The notes under the pieces were generated by a model. The model was given only the letters and a program-made list of their open reading frames with translations. It searched no databases and was not told where the DNA came from. 64,000 bases of DNA from Macrostomum lignano (taxonomy: Eukaryota). How positions within the stretch are numbered: position 1 is the first letter of the stretch; each line of letters begins with the position of its first letter. Below are positions 1 to 11,482 of this stretch, piece after piece. Made by a program: the position numbers and the translations under genes. The stretch covers positions 1-64,000 of the forward strand of contig NIVC01003139.1 of NCBI GenBank assembly GCA_002269645.1, given 5' to 3'.

Positions 1-599
1 TTGGCTAACTGTGTTACATAATGTCTCTCGTGTTGCCCCAACATTCTTGCTTGTCTTCGACCTTTTCCAACATGAACCTGGGCTCCTCTTGACACCCATT
101 TTGCACGGTTTTCGTCTGTTAGTTTGGGAACTTGTTTTTGCTATTGAACCCTTATGTCTCTCGCTCTCCCCTGGGTCTACGGCATCTGTCTGCCCCATCT
201 ACATCCTCTAACCTTCCATCTTATCATCTCACTCTCACACTCCCTCTCGCCATCTCAATCTCAACCTCTCCTTCTCACCATCTTCCTCTCACCATCTCCC
301 TCTCACCCTCTACCTCTTAACATCTCCCTCTCACCTCCATTGATATCTTATTGATTATGAAAAAGTACACCAGTGAATTAATTGTACATGCCAGAATCGG
401 CCTTCTTATCTAACTATTCATTAAAACAAAAAATTAAAACAGATTGTTCAGTTAAACAATTAATAGCTTAGTTGTTTTGGTATTATTTGATTTAAGATGG
501 CTAATTTAATTAGTGCTATTGTCAATGCACCTGCAGATTTTATTCTCTGTCGAAAAAATAAATACATTTAGGGAAAGCCATTTTTAGTATTTGGATGGA

Positions 600-1140
600 T
601 TCTAGCAACCAATTTACCCTCAATCTACCACCAATATACCACCAATCTACCACCAATCTACCATTAATATACCACCAGTCTACCACCAATCTACCATCAA
701 TCTACTATCAATCTACCACCAATCTAGCATTATTATTCCTCCAATCTACCACCAGTCTATCAAAAATATACGAAAAATCTACCAACAATTTATCAACAAT
801 CTACTAACAATCTACCAGCAATTTCTCAACAATTACTAACAATCTACCAGCAATTTATCAACAATCTACCATTTACTAATAATCTACTATTATAATACTA
901 TAATCTACTAACAATCTATTTAAAATCTACCGACAATCTGCCAGCATTCTACCAACAATCTACCACCAATCTACTAACAACCTACCATTAATCTACTATA
1001 AACCTACCTCCAATCTGCCACCAATTTACGAGTTCGTACCATCAATCTACTGTAAATCTGCAGTAAACAGTAAGTTTAACTATCAGTCTACCATCAATTC
1101 TACTATTGGCACAGTATCATCAATCCGCCATGGTTCTACC
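600..1140. repeat. Degenerate 11-12 bp tandem repeat (CTACCACCAAT-like)
   Basis: Recurrent aatctacca/ctaccaccaat units; the overlapping ORF is repeat-derived. Confidence 0.8.
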
Positions 1141-2622
1141 AGCAAGCTACTAAATACTTACAATCTACTATTTGCAGCTAAAAGCAAAGGAAGGCCCCCA
1201 ACTCCAACCCGTCCCCAGTACATCCTCAGCAAACTCGCAGCGCACAGGGAGACTATACAGTTCTATACAGTCAGACTAACCCCAACCCCCTCAACAAGAA
1301 CAGCATGAGTCATACAATCCATGAACTTTACCACTTTATACGCACAAGCAAACAGCTTAGCTATAGGGCAATAAAACGACCTTCAGCAGTAAATTCCAGA
1401 CGTTTTCTTAAACCCTCCCTATGCGATGCTCTTGTAATATCTACGTATTTACTGTATAATAATGCAACTTCGACTCTAAAATGGAGGCCAGCGGGGGCAC
1501 CCAGTAAGATTTTCAATGATTGTAGCCAACCCTGGTTTTTCTAAGCCCTCTCTTCCTCCTATGGCTGGAGTCAAAAATGGAAGTAAAAACACTTTGGAAG
1601 GTTTTGGAACGGAAAATGCTTTACGCTCGCTATTTTTAGCCTATGAGTCATTGCGCTTGCACTAAAAGTTCTGTGTTAGCTTAGCCTTTATACAATGAGG
1701 CCCAGAACTAGAGCAATGGTTCCGCCTATACTCACATGTAGACAACTATAGGCAGAATTATATTGTTCAGTTATACTGCTATAGGAAGGAACGAAAAGAT
1801 AGACTAGATTATGCGTTATACTTAATTATATCTATTTTTTTACTTTGGCTTACGGGGAGAACTGCTGAGATGTCAAGGCTTACTGTGGAATTGCTAAAAT
1901 TGGTGAAAGAAAAACGTACTTTCAGTTTAAAGGATTCACATAAAATGAATAATTTTCGCCCCTTGCTATTGGCCGCCTCGAAGGGGGCACTACATGGCTA
2001 GTCCTATATACTAAAAATGGTTTGTCTCTTGCTAGGCATGTGTGTGATCGATTTCAGATCAAAAGCGACTCAACGATTTTCTTTAATTGTTACGAAAAAT
2101 CGGTCGATATTGAAAAAATAAATTTTCTGTTTCACATTTCTCATGTACATTTTTCACGTTTAAAAAACTCAAGTCGTAAAAACTAATTCAGATTTAGAAT
2201 TAGGCCAATTTTGTTATAACTGATTCGGCCAAACCAATGATACGATAAATTTAGTAAAACAAAATACTTTTATATCTTTCATATCTGAACTCTGAACTAT
2301 GAAAATGCAGCATCAGCTTAATTCGAATAAAAATGGAAACTAAACATTTCTGAGGAGGCTTTGAAGAAGGGACTCGCGAGCGACGCAATTCGAGGACTTT
2401 TTTTCTGAACAGCTACCATCCGTACTAAGCTATTGAGCCCAGTTACAGTGCTAGTTAGTCTGCACAATTTTGACTGTGCAGCAGTGATGAGTCACTAGTC
2501 AGACCCCTAGCCAATTCCAAAGCTTTTTCGGGATTATTCACGGAGTGATTGATGCCTGCCTAGGGCCTAGGCACTTCCTTTGGCTTTTTGGGAAAGTCAT
2601 TCGAGACAGGGTTTTGCCTGTT

Positions 2623-3835
2623 TCACCTGTTAGACAGGAGTGTCACCTGTTAGACAGGAGTGTCACCTGTTAGACAGGAGTGTCACCTGTTAGACAGGAG
2701 TGTCACCTGTTAGACAGGAGTGTCACCTGTTAGACAGGAGTGTCACCTGTTAGACAGGAGTGCCACCTGTTAGACAGGAGTGTCACCTGTTAGACAGGAG
2801 TGTCACCTGTTAGACAGGAGTGTCACCTGTTAGACAGGAGTGTCACCTGTTAGACAGGAGTGTCACCTGTTAGACAGGAGTGTCACCTGTTAGACAGGAG
2901 TGTCACCTGTTAGACAGGAGTGTCACCTGTTAGACAGGAGTGTCACCTGTTAGACAGGAGTGCCACCTGTTAGACAGGAGTGCCACCTGTTAGACAGGAG
3001 TGTCACATGTTAGACAAGAGTGTCACCTGTTAGACAGGAGTGTCACCTGTTAGACAGGAGTGTCACCTGTTAGACAGGAGTGTCACCTGTTAGACAGGAG
3101 TGTCACCTGTTAGACAGGAGTGCCACCTGTTAGACAGGAGAGTCACTGTTAGACAGGAGTGTCACCTGTTAGACAGGAGTGTCACCTGTTAGACAGGAGT
3201 GTCACCTATTAGACAGGAGTGTCACCTGTTAGACAGGAGTGTCACCTGTTAGACAGGAGTGTCACATGTTAGACAGGAGTGTCACCTGTTAGGCAGGAGT
3301 GTCACCTGTTAGACAGGAGTGTCACCTGTTATACAGGAGAGTAACTTATTAGACAGGAGTGTCACCTGTTAGACAGGAGTGCCACCTGTTAGACAGGAGT
3401 GCCACCTGTTAGACAGGAGTGTCACATGTTAGACAGGAGTGTCACCTGTTAGACAGGAGTGTCACATGTTAGACAGGAGTGTCACCTGTTAGACAGGAGT
3501 GTCACCTGTTAGACAGGAGTGTCACCTGTTAGACAGGAGAGTAACTTATTAGACAGGAGTGTCACCTATTAGACAGGAGTGTCACCTGTTAGACAGGAGT
3601 GTCACCTGTTAGACAGGAGTGTCACCTGTTAGACAGGAGTGCCACCTGTTAGACAGGAGTGTCACCTGTTAGACAGGAGTGTCACCTGTTAGACAGGAGT
3701 GTCACTGTTAGACAGGAGTGTCACTGTTAGACAGGAGTGTCACCTGTTAGACAGGAGTGCCACCTGTTAGACAGGAGAGTAACTTGTTAGACAGGAGTGT
3801 CGCCTGTTAGACAGAATAGTGTCACTTGTTAGACA
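2623..3835. repeat. 20-bp minisatellite (TGTCACCTGTTAGACAGGAG)n, about 60 copies
   Basis: Exact 20-bp periodicity (three units per 60-nt line); ends about 45 bp before the splice acceptor at 3881. Confidence 0.97.
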
Positions 3836-3881
3836 GAAACGTGTCTAACAGCGCCCATCCAAAATAATCTACCCATCGCAG

Positions 3882-6800
3882 ACCGGAAATCCGTCACCGG
3901 CAACGAATCCCAACAGCAGGGCGTCGCATCAATCGGCGCCACCGTCCCCGGCCGAGCCCCCCGTCCAACTCAGGCGGCACAGATCCGCAGCCAATCGGCA
4001 CTCAACGGCAGCGCTTCAATCGACACATGCCAGCCAATCGCAGTGAGACGTCGCACCCTGCTCGACGACATTGTCAACGACAGCAATGCCAGCAGCTCAA
4101 CAGCTGTCAATATTGGCATCATACTGAGCGGTGACGATCTTGAAACTGGTTGTCATGGCAACAATGAAGCAGCACAAGTTGAGGTGCGCCAATTGCGACT
4201 GGTTGAAAATGTCGGTTCCGGTCGATTCGGAGAAGTTTGGCGAGCCGAGGCCGCGGTGGAGAAGAAGCGGGTGCTGCCAGTGGCGGCTCGGGTGCTGCCA
4301 GCGGCGCACTCAATCGCATCCGCCGCCTCGATCGCTCTGCGATCTGTTGAAGGTCTTCAACACCCGAATCTGTTGAGGCTGTTCGGCTTGGCTGAGAGTT
4401 ATCGCGAGAGCAGTGGCACCTCGTCGGATTGTTGTCGGCGGCTGGTGCTGCTGATGGAGTGGGCCAGTCTGGGGCCGGCAGATCGCCATCTCAGGCGGCA
4501 TCCGTGAGTGGACTTGCATTTGACTCGCATGGATGAGGAGTTTTGTTTGAGGACACGGGGGAACTCCCGGATCAAGACCCCCAGCTACATACAGAATTGA
4601 ATTATTTGAATGCTTCAGGGAATTCCCAGCTCTAGACAAGAGGGAATTCCCAGCTCTAGACACGAGGCAATTCCCAGCTCTAGACACAAGGCAATTCCAA
4701 GCTCTAGACACGAGGCAATTCCCAGCTCTAGACACAAGGCAATTCCAAGCTCTAGACACGAGAGAATCCTCTATTCTAGACACGAGAGAATCCCCTATTC
4801 TGCTAGACACGAGGGAATCCCCTATCCAAGAAACGAGGGAATCCCCTGTCCAAGACACAAGGGAATCCCCTATCCAAGACATGAGGGAATCTCCTATCTA
4901 AGACACAAGGGAATCCCCTATTCAAGACACAAGGGAATTCCCTATTTAAGACACAAGGGAATCCCCTATCCAAGACATGAGGGAATCTCCTATCTAAGAC
5001 ACAAGGGAATCCCCTATTCAAGACACAAGGGAATTCCCTATTTAAGACACGAGGGAATCCCATATCCAAGATCCAGGGGAACCCTACCCAAAACACGATG
5101 GAAATTCGCTGTTCAAGATTAATTTTAAGCAAGAAAATAACAGATAAAAACCAACCCAATTCCGCAGCGAATGCCCTAGCGAGCACCTGTTGAACCTGGC
5201 TCACCAGGTGTCTCAAGCGATGTGCTACCTGGAGTCTCGGGGTCTGGCGCACCGATGCCTGTCCGCTAGAAATGTGCTGCTGTTTCCAATTTGGCGAGCA
5301 AAAATCTCAGGCGATTTCGGCCTGTTCGATGGCAACGGATGCAGGACTGACTTGGCTGCTGGGGACCGCAGCGATGTCAGGTATGCGTATAGGATTTTTC
5401 CTCATCATTGATTTAATAAATTTAAGCCCCTGTCTCTTGGTGGGCGCCCCTGTCTCTTGGTGGGAAGCCCCTGTCTCTTGGTGGGAAGCCCCTGTCTCTT
5501 GGTGGGCACCCCTGTCTCTTGGTGGGCGCCCCTGTCTCTTGGTGGGCACCCCTGTCTCTTGGTGGGCACCCCTGTCTCTTGGTGGGAGTCCCTGTCTCTT
5601 GGTGGGCACCCCTGTCTCTTGGTGGGCGCCCCTGTCTCTTGGTGGGCACCCCTGTCTCTTGGTGGGCGCCCCTGTCTCTTGGTGGGCACCCCTGTCTCTT
5701 GGTGGGCACCCCTGTCTCTTGGTGGGAGTCCCTGTCTCTTGGTGGGCGCCCCTGTCTCTTGGTGGGAGTCCCTGTCTCTTGGTGGGCACCCCTGTCTCTT
5801 GGTGGGCGCCCCTGTCTCTTGGTGGGCACCCCTGTCTCTTGGTGGGCGCCCCTGTCTCTTGGTGGGCACCCCTGTCTCTTGGTGGGCACCCCTGTCTCTT
5901 GGTGGGAGTCCCTGTCTCTTGGTGGGCGCCCCTGTCTCTTGGTGGGAGTCCCTGTCTCTTGGTGGGCACCCCTGTCTTTTGGTGGGCGCCCCTGTCTCTT
6001 GGTGGGCGCCCCTGTCTCTTGGTGGGCGCCCCTGTCTCTTGGTGGGCACCCCTGTCTTTTGGTGGGCGCCCCTGTCTCTTGGTGGGCGCCCCTGTCTCTT
6101 GGTGGGCACCCCTGTCTCTTGGTGGGAGTCCCTGTCTCTTGGAGGGCGCCCATGTCTCTTGGTGGGCGCCCCTGTCTCTTGGTGGGCGCCCCTGTCTCTT
6201 GGTGGGCGCCCCTGTCTCTTGGTGGGCGCCCCTGTCTCTTGGTGGGCGCCCCTGTCTCTTGGTGGGCGCCCCTGTCTCTTGGTGGGCACCCCTGTCTCTT
6301 GGTGGGCGCCCCTGTCTCTTGGTGGGCACCCCTGTCTCTTGGTGGGCACCCCTGTCTCTTGGTGGGAGTCCCTGTCTCTTGGTGGGCGCCCCTGTCTCTT
6401 GGTGGGAGTCCCTGTCTCTTGGTGGGCACCCCTGTCTTTTGGTGGGCGCCCCTGTCTCTTGGTGGGCGCCCCTGTCTCTTGGTGGGAGTCGCCTCGTGAG
6501 CGATCGTGAGCTAACCCATTTTCTAGTATGTTCGTGTGTCTGCATTACATTGTTCAAAAAGTTCCATATCATACTGTACTGTTCCAGATACTGTAGTTCC
6601 AAGGTTAATAACAACTGCCTACTATTAGTAGCCTCAAGCTAAAATGACTGTTAGCAACAGAAATCAACTTTCGCTCCCCCCGATGCCGTATCCAGGCGAT
6701 CCGCTGACGCTGCACCGCCGCACCTGTGGCACGCACCAGAAGCGCTGCAGCACGCCCGATTCACCTGTCGCTCCGATGTCTGGAGCTTCGGCGTCACCTG

Positions 6801-7176
6801 CTGGGAGCTGTTCAACCGAGGCCGTCGGCTGCCGTTTGATCAACTGCCTGGCAACTGCAGTTTGACATCGCAGCAGCTGCTGGCTCGACTGAAATCGGGT
6901 GAGCGACTGGTGCCGCTGAACGACTGGTGTACAGCTGAGCTGCGCGACCTGCTGCTCGACTGCTGGCGCTGGGCGCCCGAGGACCGGCCGGCGTTTGCCA
7001 GCATCGAGCACAGGCTCGCCAGGATGCTGCCGCTTGCGTCGGCGCCAGCGGCTACAGCGACAGCGGGGCAGCCGAGTCCTCATCGACGAGTGAGTCGGCA
7101 ATCAGAGCTGGAGACCGCGGCTGCTGCCGCCTGCGACTCTGGGGAGGCTGAGGAGCTCAACTACTGCGTGGTTTAA
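3882..7176 (+). CDS. Protein tyrosine kinase-fold protein, probable pseudokinase (5'-partial model)
   Basis: Exons 3882-4503, 5168-5380 and 6696-7176 with phase-compatible GT-AG introns (cc|gtgagt..cgcag|c; ag|gtatgc..tccag|g). Motifs: [73 protein letters not shown]. The first exon seen starts at an acceptor (cgcag|3882); upstream exons were not located. Confidence 0.88.
4605..5085. repeat. 24-bp intronic minisatellite (AGACACGAGGGAATCCCCTATCCA-like), about 20 copies
   Basis: 8-aa periodic pseudo-ORF; lies inside the kinase intron 4504-5167; many units carry GGGAATTCCC or GGGAATCCCC. Confidence 0.95.
5427..6490. repeat. 20-bp intronic minisatellite (CCCCTGTCTCTTGGTGGGCG)n, about 53 copies
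   Basis: Exact 20-bp periodicity inside the kinase intron 5381-6695; it explains the multiple long repetitive ORFs. Confidence 0.97.
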
Positions 7177-7183
7177 AGGGTTT

Positions 7184-7250
7184 CTGTCTGTCTGTCTGTC
7201 TGCCTGTCTGTCTGTCTGTCTGTCTGTCTCTGTCTGTCTGTCTGTCTGCC

Positions 7251-7283
<33 letters not shown>

Positions 7284-7328
7284 GCCTGCCTGTCTGTCTG
7301 TCTGTCTCTGTCGGTCTGTCTCTGTCTA

Positions 7329-7374
<46 letters not shown>

Positions 7375-7452
7375 CGCCTGTGTGTCTGTCTCTGTCTGTC
7401 TGTCTGTCCGTCTTTCTTAGTTTTTGTCTGGCTGTCCGTTTGTCTGTCTGTC
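7184..7452. repeat. (TCTG)n microsatellite just downstream of the kinase stop codon
   Basis: Directly visible tetranucleotide run. Confidence 0.95.
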
Positions 7453-8152
7453 TTTATGTTTATTGTCTACTCAGCCAGTCCGTTTTATTTTCAATTGACT
7501 TCGTTTTGATCTATGAGACTTAGGTATGGATGTTCTCAGCGCATCGTCATGCTTTTTGAAGTTTCAATCTTTATTCATAAGTCGTTCTCTTAATCAGCTT
7601 AAGCTCGATGCACTCATTATATATGACAAAATTTTGCAACCAGCTTTGTAAAAACAGTCATATCATACTACTGATATGCAGGTCTTTGTGATTTTAACAC
7701 AAATTGTTTTTTGATTTGCACATGGATTCTGGCGTAGAGGAGTTCAAGTTTTGCTATAAGAAGCTCTCGTAGCTCATGTAGAAATGTAGAATCACACCAG
7801 AAGGTCATATTCTAATTCTATTGCATATATTCTTTGTTAAAACTATATTAAAACAAAGGTTTATAAAAATGTATGACTGCTATCACATGTAAATATAAAA
7901 ATAAAACAAAAGCAGTATGTTCAACGTAATGCAACCTGTTTTACTTGTTAGCAATGACCTTAAAAGATAATATTTTGATGGTATATTTGCGTCTAATTGA
8001 GTATTGATAAAAATTTTTCGAAAACCTAAAATTTTAATTTTAACAAAATCGTAATATATAAAAGTTTTATAAACTATATAAACTAATAATTAAGTGCGCT
8101 ATGTTGTTTAAATAGAAATTTGTTTCTTGGCTAGTTGTAAACAAATCGTCCT

Positions 8153-9028
8153 TCAAGCAAACTGGCTCAGGCTGGACAGGATCCGATAGGCCATGGAAGC
8201 GTTGACCGATAATCCGACAAAGAAGGTCAGAGCGCGAGACGGCTGCGGCAGAGCCAGCTGGTAGGAGATGGTGTGGGCGATCCTACTGGCGGCAAAGATT
8301 CGAAAGTGCCAGAGCGCGGTGCCAGCTGCCGGGCCAGTTAGGAGGTACAGGCCTCCCAGCAGTACAAACGGCAGCACATTCTCCAAATCGTTCAGATGAT
8401 TGCGACGAACTCGTTCAACAGTTTCATTGTTGAACACGACAGGTTTGCGTACTGTGGCGGCGTCCTCGGGGTTGGCGTAGATCTGGTGTGGGTTGGTTTT
8501 ATTGAAGGGTATTTAGTATAGTCACGTGATCCGGTATAAGGTATGCTGTTCTTATTGGCTAGCAGGCTTGTCACGTGACCTGATTCATTGTCTATTCAAA
8601 TCTTTTGTTTTTATTGGCTATCAGACTTGTCACGTGACCATATTCTTTGTCGATTTGAATCTGTTCTTTTTTGCTAGCAGGCCTGTTACGTGACCATATT
8701 CTTTTTCTATTTGAATCGGTTCTTATTGGCTAGAAGGCTTGTCACGTGACCTTATTCATTGTCTGTCTGAATCTGTTTTTATTGCAGCTATAGCTGGCTT
8801 GGCAACTACACCTATCGATATAGTTCGAGTAGTATTTTGTCATGAATGCAGACCAAGTCACGTGAATAAATCAACAGTAAAAACATTATTTGCTATACCC
8901 AAACTTACACTATTTTTAATCCTTTTAAAAGCAGTGAGCAGCGACATGGCCATAGTCTTGGACAGAACCACGGCGGAATAGAAGGCGAACGAGCCCAACA
9001 AACTGTCCGGGATGTTGATCGACACCAT
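8153..9028 (-). CDS. MGST1: Microsomal glutathione S-transferase 1 (MAPEG family), 149 aa
   Basis: Exon 1 9028-8909 (MVSINIPDSLLGSFAFYSAVVLSKTMAMSLLTAFKRIKNS|gtaagt) and exon 2 8482-8153 (cag|IYANPED...VERVRRNHLNDLENVLPFVLLG...HFRIFAASRIAHT...QPSRAL), joined by a phase-0 intron; classic MGST1 motifs. Confidence 0.95.
8519..8870. promoter_or_regulatory. Intronic ~58-bp tandem repeat carrying paired CCAAT and GTCACGTGAC (E-box/CLEAR) motifs
   Basis: Four units of (ttattg)gcta..ggcttgtcacgtgacc at about 8550-8750, plus flanking gtcacgtga copies at about 8521 and 8856. Regulatory function is inferred, not shown. Confidence 0.5.
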
Positions 9029-9544
9029 CTTTGAATTTTAGCTGCTTCGGTTGAGTTTCGAACTTTCGAGCTTAAAAAATAGATTGAAATAGTCAAATCG
9101 TTTAAACAAACTTGTTTAGAATTTTAGAGAATTAAATACTTTGAGGGCAATTACAAACTAAAGATTTGGTTGCTACAGGCAATTCAGATAAGATTAAGTA
9201 AAATGTATTCAATATAAGTTTCATTTCAATACCAAACAGCACTGACTCACTGGCTTGAGCAAGTTGCCTCTTAAGATTTAGTGTCAGCGCTAGTCCTAGA
9301 CGAGTATATGCATATAGATAACAGTTTGTAAAGCCAAATCAGTTCAGCAGTTTACTTAAACGAATAAATGACGTTTATAAAACGATTCTTACAAAAGATC
9401 AATTAGAGATCAAAAGATCTAAATTCAAGCGTGTTAAAATTACCCCTTAATTAATATGGGACTACATTACTATAGCACTATAAGGATACAAAGGATTATG
9501 CCATCTTACTAATCTTTATAGGGATTTTAATTGAGATCTCTTTA

Positions 9545-10495
9545 GGAATCTCCATTGGGATCACTGAGATTCTTAATTTGGATCACTGGGATTCTCAGTA
9601 AGGGGTCTTTGGGATTCTCAATTGGGATCTCTGGGATTCTCGATTGGGATCTCTGGGATTCTCAGTGGAGATCTCTGGGATTCTCAATTGGGATCTCTGG
9701 GATTCTCGATTGGGATCTCTGGGATTCTCAGTGGGGATCTCTGGGATTCTCGATTGGGATCTCTGGGATTCTCAATTGGGATCTCTGGGATTCTCAGTGG
9801 GGATCTTTGGGATTTTCGACCGGGGTCTCTGGGATTCTCAATTGGGATCTCTGGGATTCTCGATTGGGATCTCTGGGATTCTCAGTGGAGATCTCTGGGA
9901 TTCTCAATTGGGATCTCTGGGATTCTCGATTGGGATCTCTGGGATTCTCAGTGGAGATCTCTGGGATTCTCAATTGGGATCTCTGGGATTCTCGATTGGG
10001 ATCTCTGGGATTCTCAATTGGGATCTCTGGGATTCTCGATTGAGATCTCTGGGATTCTCGATTGGGATCTCTGGGATTCTCGATTGGGATCTCTGGGGTT
10101 CTCAACTGGTATCTCTGGAATTTTAAATTGGGATCATGATTCTCAATCATTATCGATCATTATCGATCATTATCTCTGGGATTCTCAATTGGGATCTCTG
10201 GGATTCTCGATTGGGATCTCTGGGATTCTCAATTGGGATCTCTGGGATTCTCACTTGAGATCTCTGGGATTCTAAACTGGGATCTCTTGGATTATAAATC
10301 GGGATCTCTGGGATTCTCAATTGGGATCGCTGGGATTCTCAGTGGGGATCTTTTGGATTCTCAACTGGGATCTATGGGAGTCCCAACTGGGATCTTTGGG
10401 ATTATCAGCTGGGATCGCTGGGATTCTCAACTGGGATCTCTGGGATTCTCAATCGGGATATTTTGGATTCTGAATTGGGATCTCTTGGAATTATC
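9545..10495. repeat. 22-bp minisatellite (CTGGGATTCTCAATTGGGATCT)n
   Basis: 22-aa periodic pseudo-ORFs; unit directly visible. Confidence 0.95.
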
Positions 10496-11343
10496 CAGTA
10501 AAACTGTAAAATTGTTGCAATAATTTTGTGTTGCATTTGAAAACCTGATTTCCATGTTTATGTAAAGGAATTATACAAAAGCTGCAGCAAGGAATGCTAG
10601 TATTAGACATAGACATAGTATGATTAATTTTTGCTAGAAGCAGAAATTGTTTTTCTAAGTCTTTGAGTGGCTGCTGGTCTTGTGTTATTTAACATGTATA
10701 ATAAACTGAGAAGATCACATGGTAGGATGCTTTAATAAATGTTTCAAAGGTTTTTGTAAGATTAATGAATTATTTTGAGCTTTGAAGAATAACTCAAGAT
10801 CCTAATAGTCTGGGAGGCAATCCTAGCAACTCAGGATGCAGACATACAGTTTGAATTAAATAAATTAAAAAACTTGATAAAAATATTACTACTAAATTAA
10901 TTCACTGTCTGCCTAAAACTAAAACCTAAAAGTAAACTTTTAGTTACTATGATTGACATAAGACATAGACAATTTTAAAAATTCTAATGTCTGGTATTTC
11001 GCGAAGATGGATAGCAGCTATTTAAAAGCAGTCAACAGCATATGTATCAATACTTTAAACAAATTTGGCTATTTATATTTTTTTTTACTTTTCCCACTTT
11101 TTAAAAGTAGTAGCAATTGAAAAATTGTATTTCACTTTATTAAATTTTATAGCGCTCATTATAGTTAAATTTTGCTTTGTTTCAAGCCATGCAACAAAAA
11201 ATTCTGTAATATTAGAAAAGCTATGTTCATCTTTATATGCTTTTTTCTGCTTAGTATTTTTTGTATTTCTCTTGGCTGTATTTGCTTTTGAAATCAAAAT
11301 TTCGTTATAGTCAACATAACACCGGAAAATCAAAAGCCAGAAT

Positions 11344-11482
11344 GAAGGGCCCTGCATTTTGAGTTTTCGGCGTTGTGAAATTTCGGTCTTATGAAACCCG
11401 AAATTTGCAGGGTCTTATGAAGGGCCCTGCAGGGTCTTATGAATTTTCGGTGAAATTTCGGTCTTATGAAACCCCCCCCCCC
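11344..11482. mobile_element. 139-bp insertion flanked by the 8-bp direct repeat GCCAGAAT
   Basis: gccagaat at 11336-11343 and 11483-11490; the paralog has a single gccaaaat (about 20761). Internal ggtcttatgaa repeats; no convincing TIR. Confidence 0.55.

Noticed and set aside
1-165. Possible minus-strand exon (tag|QKQVPKLTDENRAKWVSRGAQVHVGKGRRQARMLGQHERHYVTQLA)
   Set aside because: Open frame with an acceptor-like site, but it runs off the window and I recognise no motif.
2623-3835. Regular direct repeats resembling CRISPR arrays (also 37785-38740 and 43835-47260)
   Set aside because: Units are head-to-tail with no unique spacers, there are no cas genes, and the context is eukaryotic.
5272-6642. 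Long ORFs (300-456 aa) on both strands; likewise those at 9555-10275, 19988-20800, 37784-38772, 50615-51745, 60427-61314 and 62046-62551
   Set aside because: They are stop-free translations of minisatellites in several frames at once, lying in introns or intergenic DNA; no evidence they are proteins.
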